Source: Octopus sinensis
Taxonomy: Eukaryota
Direction of reading: 5' to 3'
Assembly: GCF_006345805.1 (NCBI RefSeq)
Contig: NW_021835730.1
Span: 1 to 39,039 of the forward strand
Length of the DNA: 39,039 nt
Part shown: positions 1-10,545 of the stretch, piece by piece
How the letters are laid out: each line of letters begins with the position of its first letter
How positions within the stretch are numbered: the first letter of the stretch is position 1
Program-made: the position numbers and the translations under genes
The notes under the pieces: generated by a model
The model's database searches: none
Seen by the model: the letters and a program-made list of their open reading frames with translations, nothing else
Told to the model about the DNA's origin: nothing

Positions 1-372
1 GCTGCTAAACGCTATAGATTGACAAGGCTGTTAATCCTGGAGCTAACAGTACAATTTGACTCTCCAACCAAATCACTGTCATGTATGAAATAGCCCGAAA
101 CAAGCGTGATCTGCTGGACCTATCGCTAGAAAGTGGTAGGACTTTGCTCCCCTGCATGCAATAACTCGGATGCAACTGTACATCGTTAACCAGAAAGAGG
201 AGATGTCTTCTTGGGGTTAAAAAATTGTAGTAAAGTCCGTTTGAACGGAAAGCCATATTGAAGTGGATGTGAACATTGCTGGTTAGTACAACTACTTTGT
301 TGATCTCTTAGAGTGATTTTAGAACTAGCATTTTTGCTGATGTTTGTATATATATATATATATATATATATA

Positions 373-572
373 GTTAATCCAAACATGAACAAAGAGAAAA
401 CACAACAACGAGAGGACGTGGAACAAGTATAATGTTATTGGACGCTCAGGAAAGGAAAGAAAGAAGGAGGATTTAACGGTTCGATCAGAGATCTTCGTCA
501 GAAACATAGAAAAGGAAAGGTCCAAGGAAGGGAAGACGAGGAAAAATCGCCATGATACACACGCGGTCACAT
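373..572 (-). mobile_element. Short Penelope-like (pLTR-type) remnant carrying a minimal hammerhead-like motif, embedded in (TA)n
   Basis: Minus strand 506-470 reads TATGTTT-CTGACGA-A-GATC-TCT-GATC-GAACC-GTT-AAATCC (hammerhead core order, 4-bp stem II). Bounded by (TA)n at 347-372 and 573-650. Shares a downstream GAGCGT motif with 5453-5628. Confidence 0.55.
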
Positions 573-585
573 TATATATATATAT

Positions 586-637
<52 letters not shown>

Positions 638-784
638 TATATATATATAACTGGTGTTTCTCCTTCTAATAGTAAATTTTCATCAATAATATTTCTATTT
701 GGACTTGGCATGGAAATAGTACATTTTTCTTCCGTTTGCGATGTGATTCATGAATCATAACTAGTAAAATATCGAGACTTGTTA

Positions 785-1345
785 TTATAACCGTCTCTTC
801 ATTAACACCCTTGTCATTCTAATCTTTATTGTTATCATTATTATTGTTGTTGTTGTTGTTGTTGTTGTTACTTTATTTTCATTATCATCATCGAAATCCT
901 CCTCCTCAACATCATCATCATTAACAACAACATAAAGAGCGACATTGGTGGTGGTGGTGGTGATGGGGGACTCTGTAGCCCGAACTATATGCAAAAACAG
1001 AATAACATGCAGTATTGTAAATTTGTAACAACACAAGTGTTACAGTAACATTTTGGTACTATTAATCAACCGTAAAAAACAACGGTATTAAATTTATTAA
1101 CAACGACAGTAACAATAACAACACCAACATCAAAAAGCAGCAGGAGCAGCAGTAGCAACAAGAAGGAGAGGAAGCAAATAGTACCACTACCAGTATCACC
1201 ACCGCCGCCATCATTAGGAAAACAACAACAACTGTAAAAGCAACTGAAGGTGGTGCAGTATACGCAGCACTAGCAACAGCTGCATCAATAACAGTAGAAA
1301 CAGCAGTAAATTCATCAAGAGAGACTGTTAGTTGGAGCAGGAATT
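785..1345. repeat. Degenerate trinucleotide low-complexity tract (TTG/CAT/CAA/CAG)
   Basis: Runs of gtt, cat, caa and cag visible directly. Confidence 0.8.
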
Positions 1346-1927
1346 TTGTTAGTAATAATGAGTGGAATAAAAGTGTCGATAGTGACTTTAACCGGAAGCA
1401 ACGTCAGTGTAGCATGTGCGATGAATATTTTAAAAATCTGGACTGCTCTGTTGTCTATAAATTTGATCAACAACATTCTTAATTATGTGAGCTCTCACTT
1501 CCGATTAACCGTGCACACCAAATAAAATCAGAATTAAAATAAAAGGAAATACAAATGAAAAAGAAAAAGAAAAAATATTCACTAAAACATCATTGTTTTC
1601 GTTGCAACCAAACATGGCTGATCATGTCCGTTTGAACGCCATTACACATTAAGGTCGTAGTAAACCTGATTGAAACAATAGCTGTGGCGAATATGACCGA
1701 CTTCTATGATGAACAAACCTCTTTTTGTGATTAGCTCACCTATAGTACAATTATTGACTAACTGGGAATTGGAATAAAGGAAGGGGAGGAGAGTGCTAGG
1801 ACTTCAAGATGAAAGGAACCAGAGAAACAATGCGAAATAAACGTCCGTTTAATTGATAAAATAGCTTTGTGCTGGCATATACATATATGCACACCTGCTT
1901 GCTCACATATGTTGATATATACACAGA

Positions 1928-1929
<2 letters not shown>

Positions 1930-2005
<76 letters not shown>

Positions 2006-2285
2006 CATATACTGTATATATATATATATATATATTTACACACACACATATATATATATATTTACAACATATACACACACACACACAACATATATATATA
2101 TATATTATATATATATATATATATATAGATATATGTTTATGCGTGTGTTATACATATGTGGGTGCGTGCATGCTTGTCTGTGCGTATTTGTGTATCTATT
2201 TTTGCAGGAATATAAATATTATATTCAAGCATGTATATGTATATATGTGTGTGTGTGTGGAGTGTTTGTACGTGTGTATATACAT

Positions 2286-2322
<37 letters not shown>

Positions 2323-2585
2323 CATATATATGTGTATGTATATATATATATAAATACATACACATATGAACACACATATATACATATATACATATATATG
2401 TGTGTGTGTATGTATATATATATATATATATATACATACCCACACACATATATATGTATATGCATTTACAAAAGCATACGGATGTGGTCGCACATACAAA
2501 CATGTATGTATACATACGTACATATGTAACCAAAGAACTGACATGCATCATATACTTCATACCCTCTCTCTCTCTCTCTCTCTCT
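1930..2585. repeat. Compound (TA)n/(CA)n/(CT)n microsatellite
   Basis: Direct inspection; explains the YIYI/HTHT ORFs in the track. Confidence 0.95.
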
Positions 2586-2862
2586 GTCGCTCACATACAC
2601 ACACCCATATATCGGGGCAGCTTATTTTTTTAACCAATAATGAATGATTCACTCGAGTAATGTTTCACTATTAACAAAATGACGTAATCTCGGTACAACT
2701 CCAGTAATGATGCAATAATTAATGAGAGTAAGTGATGAGCCGTTAGGAAGCGCCTTAAAGTGTAGTTTATTGTATAAAATCATAATAGAGCCTATGATGC
2801 TTGTCCTGGATGGGTATAATATCGAAATATACAGCAAGTATGACCACGGTATCATTTGAACT

Positions 2863-3096
2863 TAAGGCGGCGAGCTAGCAGAATCGTTAGCACGTCGGGC
2901 GAAATGCTTAGCGGTATTTCGTCTGCCGTTACGTTGTGAGTTCAAATTCCGCCGAGGTCGACTTTACCTTTCATCCTTTCGGGGTCGATAAATTAAGTAC
3001 CAGTTAAGCACTGGGGTCGATTTTATCGACTTAATACCTATGTCTGTCCATGTTTGTCCCCTCTATGTTCAGCCCCTTGTGGGTAATAAAGAAATA
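2863..3096 (+). mobile_element. SINE family A (tail type A1), full length, 15-bp TSD
   Basis: Head AAGGCGGCGAGCTAGCAGAATCGTTAGC, B-box-like GAGTTCAAATTCC, body CCTTTCATCCTTTCGGGGTCGATAAATTAAGTACC. TSD GGTATCATTTGAACT at 2848-2862 and 3097-3111. Confidence 0.9.
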
Positions 3097-3164
3097 GGTA
3101 TCATTTGAACTCAAAGATAGTGCAAGAACGAATGCCTCAATGTATTTTAGTCTACGCTGTATGT

Positions 3165-3520
3165 ACGTCTCTTCTATTTTTCAGTTATAATGAATTTTCC
3201 ACTGAGGAGGGAGCCGATTTCGAACTACGATACAAAGCTCAATCTTTGGGATGTAGTTAACACAGACGAATTCACAGTTGGAGCTTGAGAAAAGTCTTGT
3301 ATATTTTTACTGTTCCACTCACAGATTGGACTTGTAATGTCAGCCGGTCAATATCTCTTTCTGAAAATCTCAGTTTATCCAGATTCTCCTTTAAGCATTT
3401 ACTAACAAAGCCTAGTGCTCCAATTATTGGTATGGATATCATTTCATAGTCTAGATATAGAAGCTGCAGGTTTCGAAGCAGTTGTCCATAGATATCCTGT
3501 TTTTCTTTGATTTTCAAAGA
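3165..3520 (-). mobile_element. 3' end of a non-LTR retrotransposon with a restriction-like endonuclease (R4/NeSL/Hero-like), 5'-truncated
   Basis: 3520-3272 translates [48 protein letters not shown]...LQVQSVSGTVKIYKTFLKLQL*, matching the K..Y..L / PIIGALG / LQ...GT.KI C-terminus of RLE-type elements. Confidence 0.75.
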
Positions 3521-3702
3521 TGTATGCATGCATGTATGTATGTATGTATGTATGTATGTATGTATGTATGTATGTATGTATGTATGTATGTATGAATGAA
3601 TGTATGTATGTATGTATGTATGTATGTATGTATGTATGTTTGTATGTTTGTATGTATGTATGTATGTATGTATGTGTGTATGTTTGTATGTATGTATGTG
3701 TG

Positions 3703-3733
<31 letters not shown>

Positions 3734-4000
3734 GTATGTATGTATGTATGTATGTATGGATGGATGGATGGATGGATGGATAGATGCATGCATGCATGCA
3801 TGCGTGTGTGTACATATGTATATATGTACGTCCCTACGTCCATACATATGTATGTATGTATGTATGCATGTACGTATGTGCTAGTGTGTTTGTGTATGTA
3901 TGCGTGTGTGTATGTATGTATGTATGCACGTATGTATGTATGCATGTATATATAAATATATGTATATATGTATGTATGTATGCATGTATGTATGCGTGAG
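3521..4000. repeat. (TATG)n/(GATG)n microsatellite
   Basis: Direct inspection. Confidence 0.95.
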
Positions 4001-4088
4001 TATGTATATGGGATTGTATTTGTGATACAAATTGCGAAGTTGATGCAATTTGAAATTTGAATGTATCACCTGTACGTATGTATGAATG

Positions 4089-4089
4089 T

Positions 4090-4130
<41 letters not shown>

Positions 4131-4148
4131 TGTCGTCGTCGTCGTCGT
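4089..4148. repeat. (CAT)n followed by (CGT)n
   Basis: Direct inspection. Confidence 0.95.
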
Positions 4149-4279
4149 CTTTACCATTATCGATCGTTAACAAACGTTAAATGAAGGACTCACGGAAGAA
4201 GTCAAACATTTATTTATTAAGTCAGAAGCTGCTTCCCATTTACGAAGTCCACTTAAAAAATATGTATGATGAATGTAGG

Positions 4280-4530
4280 TGTGGTGTGTTTGTGTGTGTG
4301 CATGTGTGTGTGTGTATGTGTGTGTGTGTGCATGTGTGTGTGTGTGTGTGTGCATGTGTGTGTGAATGAAAAGTGTATGTGCGTGTGTGAGAAAGACAGA
4401 GAGAGGCAAAGAGAAAAAGGGTGAGTAAAGAGTAAAAAGAGTTTCTCTAAAGAACACAAACGAACGCACACACACACACACACACACATACACACACACA
4501 TACACACACATAATCACACACACACAAGCA
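4280..4530. repeat. (TG)n and (CA)n tracts
   Basis: Direct inspection. Confidence 0.9.
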
Positions 4531-5421
4531 CATAGATTCCTGTATGGATGTAAATGCATCAAAAATCGAATTGTTGAACTACGCCTAATGTCTGTGGTCA
4601 GTACGAAAGTACAACATCTCAATTAGCTAACTTTATCAGTCATTGAAAAAAAAAAAAAATTCTACACGTAATAAAACAGTTTACACAATCTCACAGCACA
4701 GCATCACTCAGCACTCTTGAAATTTGTATAGAAAAGTCAAAAAGATGATGGCAATAGTATTTATTTTGAGATGGTCAATTCAGTTCCGAAGCACACCATT
4801 ACAGACGTGAATCTGCAAATTGTAACATGTTTCCCAGATAGCCACAACAAATAAATATATATATATAAGTATGTAAATAAAACTTTCTATATATCTATAC
4901 ACTCGCACAAATCAGAAAAGCTCAGTAATACTGGCTGCCCGAAACGTTTTCTAAGTGTGAATTCAATACTCAAGTGATTTGGATCTGTCCGTCGCATCAT
5001 TCCTGAATTCCTTCTAATGAACTTTAATAAACGCTCACAATATCACCGGCTGACATATAAAAGGCGATGGACAGCACTTTATGTCATATCCCATATAATA
5101 TATGATAATTTGGCCGAATTTTAAACTGCTACGTGTTATTCTTTACTTTTCACCTAGCAAACTATGTATAGACTCTTTACAAACGCTAGAGTATACAGAC
5201 ACAGAAACACACACTTTTTTATACACACACACATCACACATCAAACACATAAACATCCCCCCACACACACACAAACACTCACAGAGACGCACACTCATTT
5301 TCTTTACTTCTATTGTCATACGTATGCATATATTTTACGATATATTTTTCCGCAAGAATCATGACATGATCTCTATTATATTTTTATAAGAAAATTAGTA
5401 ATATAATGCGTTATATATATA

Positions 5422-5452
<31 letters not shown>

Positions 5453-5628
5453 GGGGGGGTTCAAGAAAAAAAAAACAAAAGACGAAGACAGGTGGTGTAG
5501 AAAGCAAACAGATGTATTAGTATAACGCTCGGGAATTGGAAAAGTCTTTAACGTTTCGAGCCTACGCTCTTCCACAGAAAGGAACACAGAAAGAACAAGG
5601 AGAGAAAAAATGTGTGTAGTGGCTAACG
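5453..5628 (-). mobile_element. Short Penelope-like remnant with a minimal hammerhead-like motif, embedded in (TA)n
   Basis: Minus strand 5585-5541 reads GTTCCTTT-CTGTGGA-A-GAGC-GTAG-GCTC-GAAAC-GTT-AAAGAC. (TA)n lies on both sides. Confidence 0.6.
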
Positions 5629-5629
5629 A

Positions 5630-5818
5630 TATATATATATATATATATATACTCACACACACACACACATATATATATTATATATATATATATATATACA
5701 CACTCACACACATAGATATGTATCTATACATACACATGTATGTATGTATGTATGTATGTATGTATGTATGTATGTATGTATGTATGTATGTATGTATGTA
5801 TGTATGTGTGTGTGTATA
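5630..5818. repeat. (TA)n/(CA)n/(TATG)n compound microsatellite
   Basis: Direct inspection. Confidence 0.9.
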
Positions 5819-6168
5819 GTTTCTTGAAACATTGAGAACATATAACCAATAAATGTTGACGTCAGTTAATACACTATGTAAAGCGGTTTCGCCCAAATCG
5901 TTTTGTCAATCGAGTTACTATCTTTGAACTATCTTATCTTAAAATTTCTACATTTTATATACGAATTATAAAAGTGGGAGAAGTTACAAGCTAAATGAGG
6001 AGTTACAATATTGAAAAATAGTTCTACTTTTTAATATTTAACACTGAATCTTGGGATCATATTGTTATGTTCTTAGTTATCAATTGAACAATGCAAAACT
6101 TTTTCAGTAAATATATATATAACATACCTTCATACATATATGTGTGTATATATACATATACACATACA

Positions 6169-6214
<46 letters not shown>

Positions 6215-6227
6215 CAAACAGACACAT

Positions 6228-7006
6228 AGCTTGCTTCCTAACGACATGGTTCCTAGTTCAGTTCCACCGTGTGACACACCTTGCACAAGTGTTTTTTCTA
6301 TAGCCTTTGGCCCATCCAAAGACGGAAACTTGAGGAAGGCTGTCGCATATATAGATATATATATATAATATATATATATATAGATATATATGCATGTATG
6401 TATGTAAGAGCAGAGAAAAAAAGCTCAACAAATTCAAGGCAGAGGAGTATCTCAAGCCATTTAGAATATTTGCTGAGAGTGAGGCGAATTACTTCAAATT
6501 CACCTTACTCAACTTAAATATTCTAAATGGCTTGAGACACTCATCCTGTTTTGGTTTTGATGTCCTTTCTCCTTTAATATACAGCTGCTAACTCGGAAGC
6601 CTATTGCGGATCCCTCGCTCCAGCTTGTGGACTTGGAACCTAACATATAACCAATTCTAGCACTTAGAAAGCGTACCTATTCGTTTAGATTACCCTCATA
6701 TTCTTTATGTATGTATGTATGTTTGTTTGTATGTATGTATGTATGTATGTATGTATGTATGTATGTATGTATGTATGTATGTATGTATGTATATATATAT
6801 ATATATATATATATTTGTGTTTGTGTTTGTTCCCCCATACCATTTGACAACCGGTGTTGGTGTGATTAGATCCCCGTACGCAATCGATAGAACAAGTAAC
6901 AGGCTAAAAAAATAGTACTGGTTTCAATTCATTCGACTAAAAATTCTACAACGTAACGCTTCGGCTTGCACGCAGTCTAGTGACTGAAACAAGTAAAAGG
7001 TAAAAA
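6228..7006 (+). mobile_element. SINE family C split by nested insertions (5' half ~6228-6350, 3' half ~6814-7006)
   Basis: The 5' half matches the head of 35563-35965 (AGCTTGCTTCC...GGTTC...GACGGAAAC). The 3' half has TTGACAACCGGTGTTGG...GACTGAAACAAGTAAAAG. Confidence 0.75.
6445..6542. repeat. 98-nt fold-back (inverted repeat), probably MITE-like
   Basis: GAGTATCTCAAGCCATTTAGAATATTT (6445-6471) pairs with AAATATTCTAAATGGCTTGAGACACTC (6516-6542) at 26/27. An inner 14-bp stem closes the loop. Confidence 0.85.
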
Positions 7007-7194
7007 TGAATGATGAAAGATATGGTGTACTGTTTCGTTTTATGTAGAACAAAGAAACAAAAACAAAAAAAGGACATCATATAATGGGAGACGAGTATCA
7101 GTTTGCAAACACAAGATTAAAACGTGAGCTACTATAAGTTTCCTGATCGGATTGTACAGTAATCAAACGGATTTGTATAGTGTGCCGTTTATCA

Positions 7195-7548
7195 TATATA
7201 TATATACATACATACATATGTATATATATATATATATATATATACATACATACATATATAGACATATATGTATATATATTATACATATATATACATATAC
7301 ATATATATATGCATATATATATATATATATATATAGGTTACATATATATACATACATAAATATATTTGTAATATACACATGGACGTGTATATACAGTTTA
7401 TATATATGTATATAATGCATGTATATATATATATATTATATTATATATATATAATATATATGTAATATATGTATATATAATATATATATATATATAATAT
7501 AGATATATATATATAATATATATATATATGTATATATATGTATATAAA
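7195..7548. repeat. (TA)n-rich compound microsatellite
   Basis: Direct inspection. Confidence 0.95.
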
Positions 7549-8339
7549 TGGTAGTGTGTAAGTAGTAAGTGATATAATCACTTCTGTTGAAATTTAGTGA
7601 TCGTAAAAAAAAAATTCCTTTAGAATCTCTAACATCATTTCACAAACGTAATATAGCTAACCATTTAAGAGATTCATATAAACTAGTTATTGAATAATTA
7701 TATTTATATATAATCCGTAAGAGAGATGAAAAGGAGAAAAATAAGTGTAACTGGTATGAAATGAAACAAATAAACACTGCGTATGGGTGTATATACATGT
7801 CTTTCTTTATATATATATGTCTATCAATCTCTCTCTATCTCACTCCCTCTAGATCTCTGTATCTGTATATATATTTCTCTCACCCTCTCTCTCTCTTTGT
7901 ATATATAAATATATATTTGTATATCATACACACCCCATACACGTACATACGACTGCAAATACATACACGAACACATTTATTCACTTAAAATAGAACAAAC
8001 CGTAAAATGGACATAAAGCCCCATAGTCTTGCACACAATTTATAAAAAGTCAAAGCTTTAGCTACGAAAGAGAAAAACGAGTTTATTATACCATAAATAT
8101 TAGTTAGAAACCCAATAGCTGTTAAAATATAACCAATTGAATTAAGACTACCTACTTGTATTATAAAAATGGCCAATACATTTGGAGCTAAAAATGTCAT
8201 AGTGTTCTATTAAACACAATTTCGTTGCATTTTTTTTTCGTTTTTTCATGTAATGAGTTTCTACCTATGTTATATGTGTGTATGTGTCCACTTGTGTGAG
8301 TGTGTGTGTGTGTGTGTGTGTGCGTATTAAATTAATAAT

Positions 8340-8350
8340 TATATATATAT

Positions 8351-8394
<44 letters not shown>

Positions 8395-8517
8395 TATATT
8401 AAGGGAGAAAGTCTAAACATGATTTTTTCTCCTCCATGCTCAATGAATGTCTAAACATTATAATGCTACCGAGAAAAAACACCATAAATATAATATTATA
8501 TATATACATACACACAC

Positions 8518-8616
<99 letters not shown>

Positions 8617-8735
8617 CACGTATGTATCTGTGTGTATATATATACATGACGGCATGCCTATATGCATGTATTTATGCATTTATCTATGCATGTATCATAT
8701 ACATGCATGAATATATATATATATATATATATATG
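8340..8735. repeat. (TA)n-rich compound microsatellite
   Basis: Direct inspection. Confidence 0.9.
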
Positions 8736-9549
8736 AACACATTACTATTATATAGTTATTTTAGCCATTGAAGCCATTGAAGAACAGAGAAAATCTAGTC
8801 TATTCATTTCTTTGTTTATTTCTTAATAACTTTGTCTGTTATGATATGCCAAATGTTTCGTCGCAATTCTTTGTTATGATCAATGACGTAGTGACATCGC
8901 AGATATGCGTTAAATTATTCCATATTGAACTGTACTATTACGAAATAAACGAAAAGTTAAAACTGATCGTCTTTGTCTGACCTGATGCTGTGAAACTGAT
9001 TTCTATATAACATTATGCGCATGTCTTCATGTAGACATAAACACACATACATATATATATGTATGAATGTATGTATATATATACATATATGTGTGCGTGT
9101 GTATTTGTGTGACTGTATATGTACATGTGTACGCTTGTATATACCTATGTATGCTTGAATGTATGTATACTTAATTCATAATATTAATCGTTCATGCTGT
9201 CGTTGCATCTTTTGATTTTGTGTTAGCATGAAATAGCATAGCTGTTCCTCACATTTGTTTTTTGATTTGCTTTCCCATACTTCACGTATTTAATGGTCAT
9301 TTTATTGATATCTGAGCATTAAAATCAAAATTCACTAAAAGCGAAATTTTCTGTATTGTATGTACATCAATATGTCTTCCCATGACCTGTTGTCAAGTTT
9401 CGATATCTGTTATAACTTACCAGAAGCCCTTCACGAATGATTATATAAATGTTGTTACTTAACGAATCTACTCATTTGTTAAAGAGAAATTACAAAACCA
9501 GATGCTTTTACCTTTCAGTTCACAAAGCTATTTTATATAGACATCTTTA

Positions 9550-10170
9550 TATTATATGTAGTGTTATTGAAGGCGCAATGGCCCAGTGGTTAGGGCAGCG
9601 GACTCGCGGTCGTAGGCAGGGGTTGGTGGCGAACCTTGCTGACCTCTTTAACCGCAACTTTCTCTCACTCTTTCTTCCTGTTTCTGTTGTACCTGTGTTT
9701 CAAAGGTCCAGCCTTGTCACAATCTGTGTCACGGTGAATCTCCCCGAAAATCACGTTAAGAATACACGTGTCTGTCGAGTGCTCAGTCACTTGCACGTTA
9801 ATTTTACGAGCAGGCCGTTTCCGTTGATCGGATCAACTGGAAGCCTCGTCGTCCTAACCGGCAGAGTGCCATGATGTATAGTGTTGATTAGAAATCTATA
9901 GCTATATTCTGCAGTGCTGTAGAGCGATAAAACTAACCGCTGTTAATACACCAGTAATTTATTGATCGAAATAAATGCTCACCAACAATCCATGATATAT
10001 GCAAATTAGTCGGTGCTACTTTGGTATGCGATTTACACTTTATATGTGCGTCATTCTAATTTCCTTTTAATAATAAATGTACTAAATGATAAATTTTAAT
10101 AATAAATATATTAACGATAAAGTTATCATTCTTGTTTCAAATTCGCTTCATTCTAATTTCATTTTAATAA
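9550..10170 (+). repeat. Direct duplication, unit 1 (SINE B + unique spacer + left end of TIR element)
   Basis: Collinear with 10546-11176 over its whole length, including the same internal SINE deletion. Confidence 0.95.
9569..9872 (+). mobile_element. SINE family B (tail 1), B-box region deleted
   Basis: Head GGCGCAATGGCCCAGTGGTTAGGGCAGCGGACTCGCGGTCGTAGG joins directly to GGTTGGTGGCGAAC. The GGTTCGAAT segment present in 11177-11465 is missing. Confidence 0.85.
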
Positions 10171-10545
10171 TCTATTATATGAAATCCGTCCTGTCTGTCT
10201 GTGTGTGTGTCTTCTAGGATGTCGGACATCCTCCATCCGATTGCGCTCAAATTTTATATGTAGATACCGACGGTATCAGGGCGTGTATAAATCTTGAAAG
10301 AATTACAAAAATCGATTCAAGGTGAGAATACGATCGATAAAGCTGTGGGAACGTGCATTTGTTCGCGCAAGTACATCAGCTGTTGCGATCGATACTACGC
10401 GTATGCGAGAAAAATGCACGGTGTCAAATTTAGGTTGAATCAGGTTTCTCAAAGGGGAGGCCTATGGGACGATCGGACAAGTTGTTTTGAGAAAATTTGG
10501 TTTTCAAACTCAGCACCGTCCATTAGGCGGGGGGCGTTTTGCTCG
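10171..10545 (+). mobile_element. Non-autonomous Helitron-like element, copy 1
   Basis: A|TC 5' end (TCTATTATATGAAATCCGTCCTGTCTGTCTGTGTG), (CTGT)n near the 5' end, subterminal hairpin CCGTC...GGCGG, 3' end CTCG|T, no TSD. Homologous to 37016-37379. Confidence 0.75.

Noticed and set aside
235-1638. 13-bp direct match GTCCGTTTGAACG at 235 and 1626
   Set aside because: A match of this length is expected by chance in 39 kb, and the flanks do not extend it.
1758-2647. Many 60-220 aa ORFs (YIYI, HTHT, MYVC and similar) here and throughout the track
   Set aside because: They are translations of microsatellites that happen to lack stop codons.
2863-2945. tRNA-like A/B boxes in SINE heads called as tRNA genes
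   Set aside because: No complete cloverleaf; each continues into a SINE body, often with TSDs.
3202-3230. CTGAGGA...TTTCGAAC hammerhead-like string
   Set aside because: Weak stem II, no GAAAC-GUH, no stem I, and it is antisense to the LINE UTR it lies in.
5056-5063. TATAAAAG as a TATA box
   Set aside because: No supporting transcript structure, and the motif is common in AT-rich DNA.
6680-6705. Mariner-like TIR start (TATGAGGGTAATC on the minus strand); similarly TATTAGGTTG near 38090
   Set aside because: No matching second TIR or transposase sequence was found.
7985-8200. Hydrophobic ORF interpreted as a mitochondrial insertion (NUMT)
   Set aside because: No recognisable match to ND/COX/ATP motifs under the invertebrate mitochondrial code; kept only as a candidate exon.
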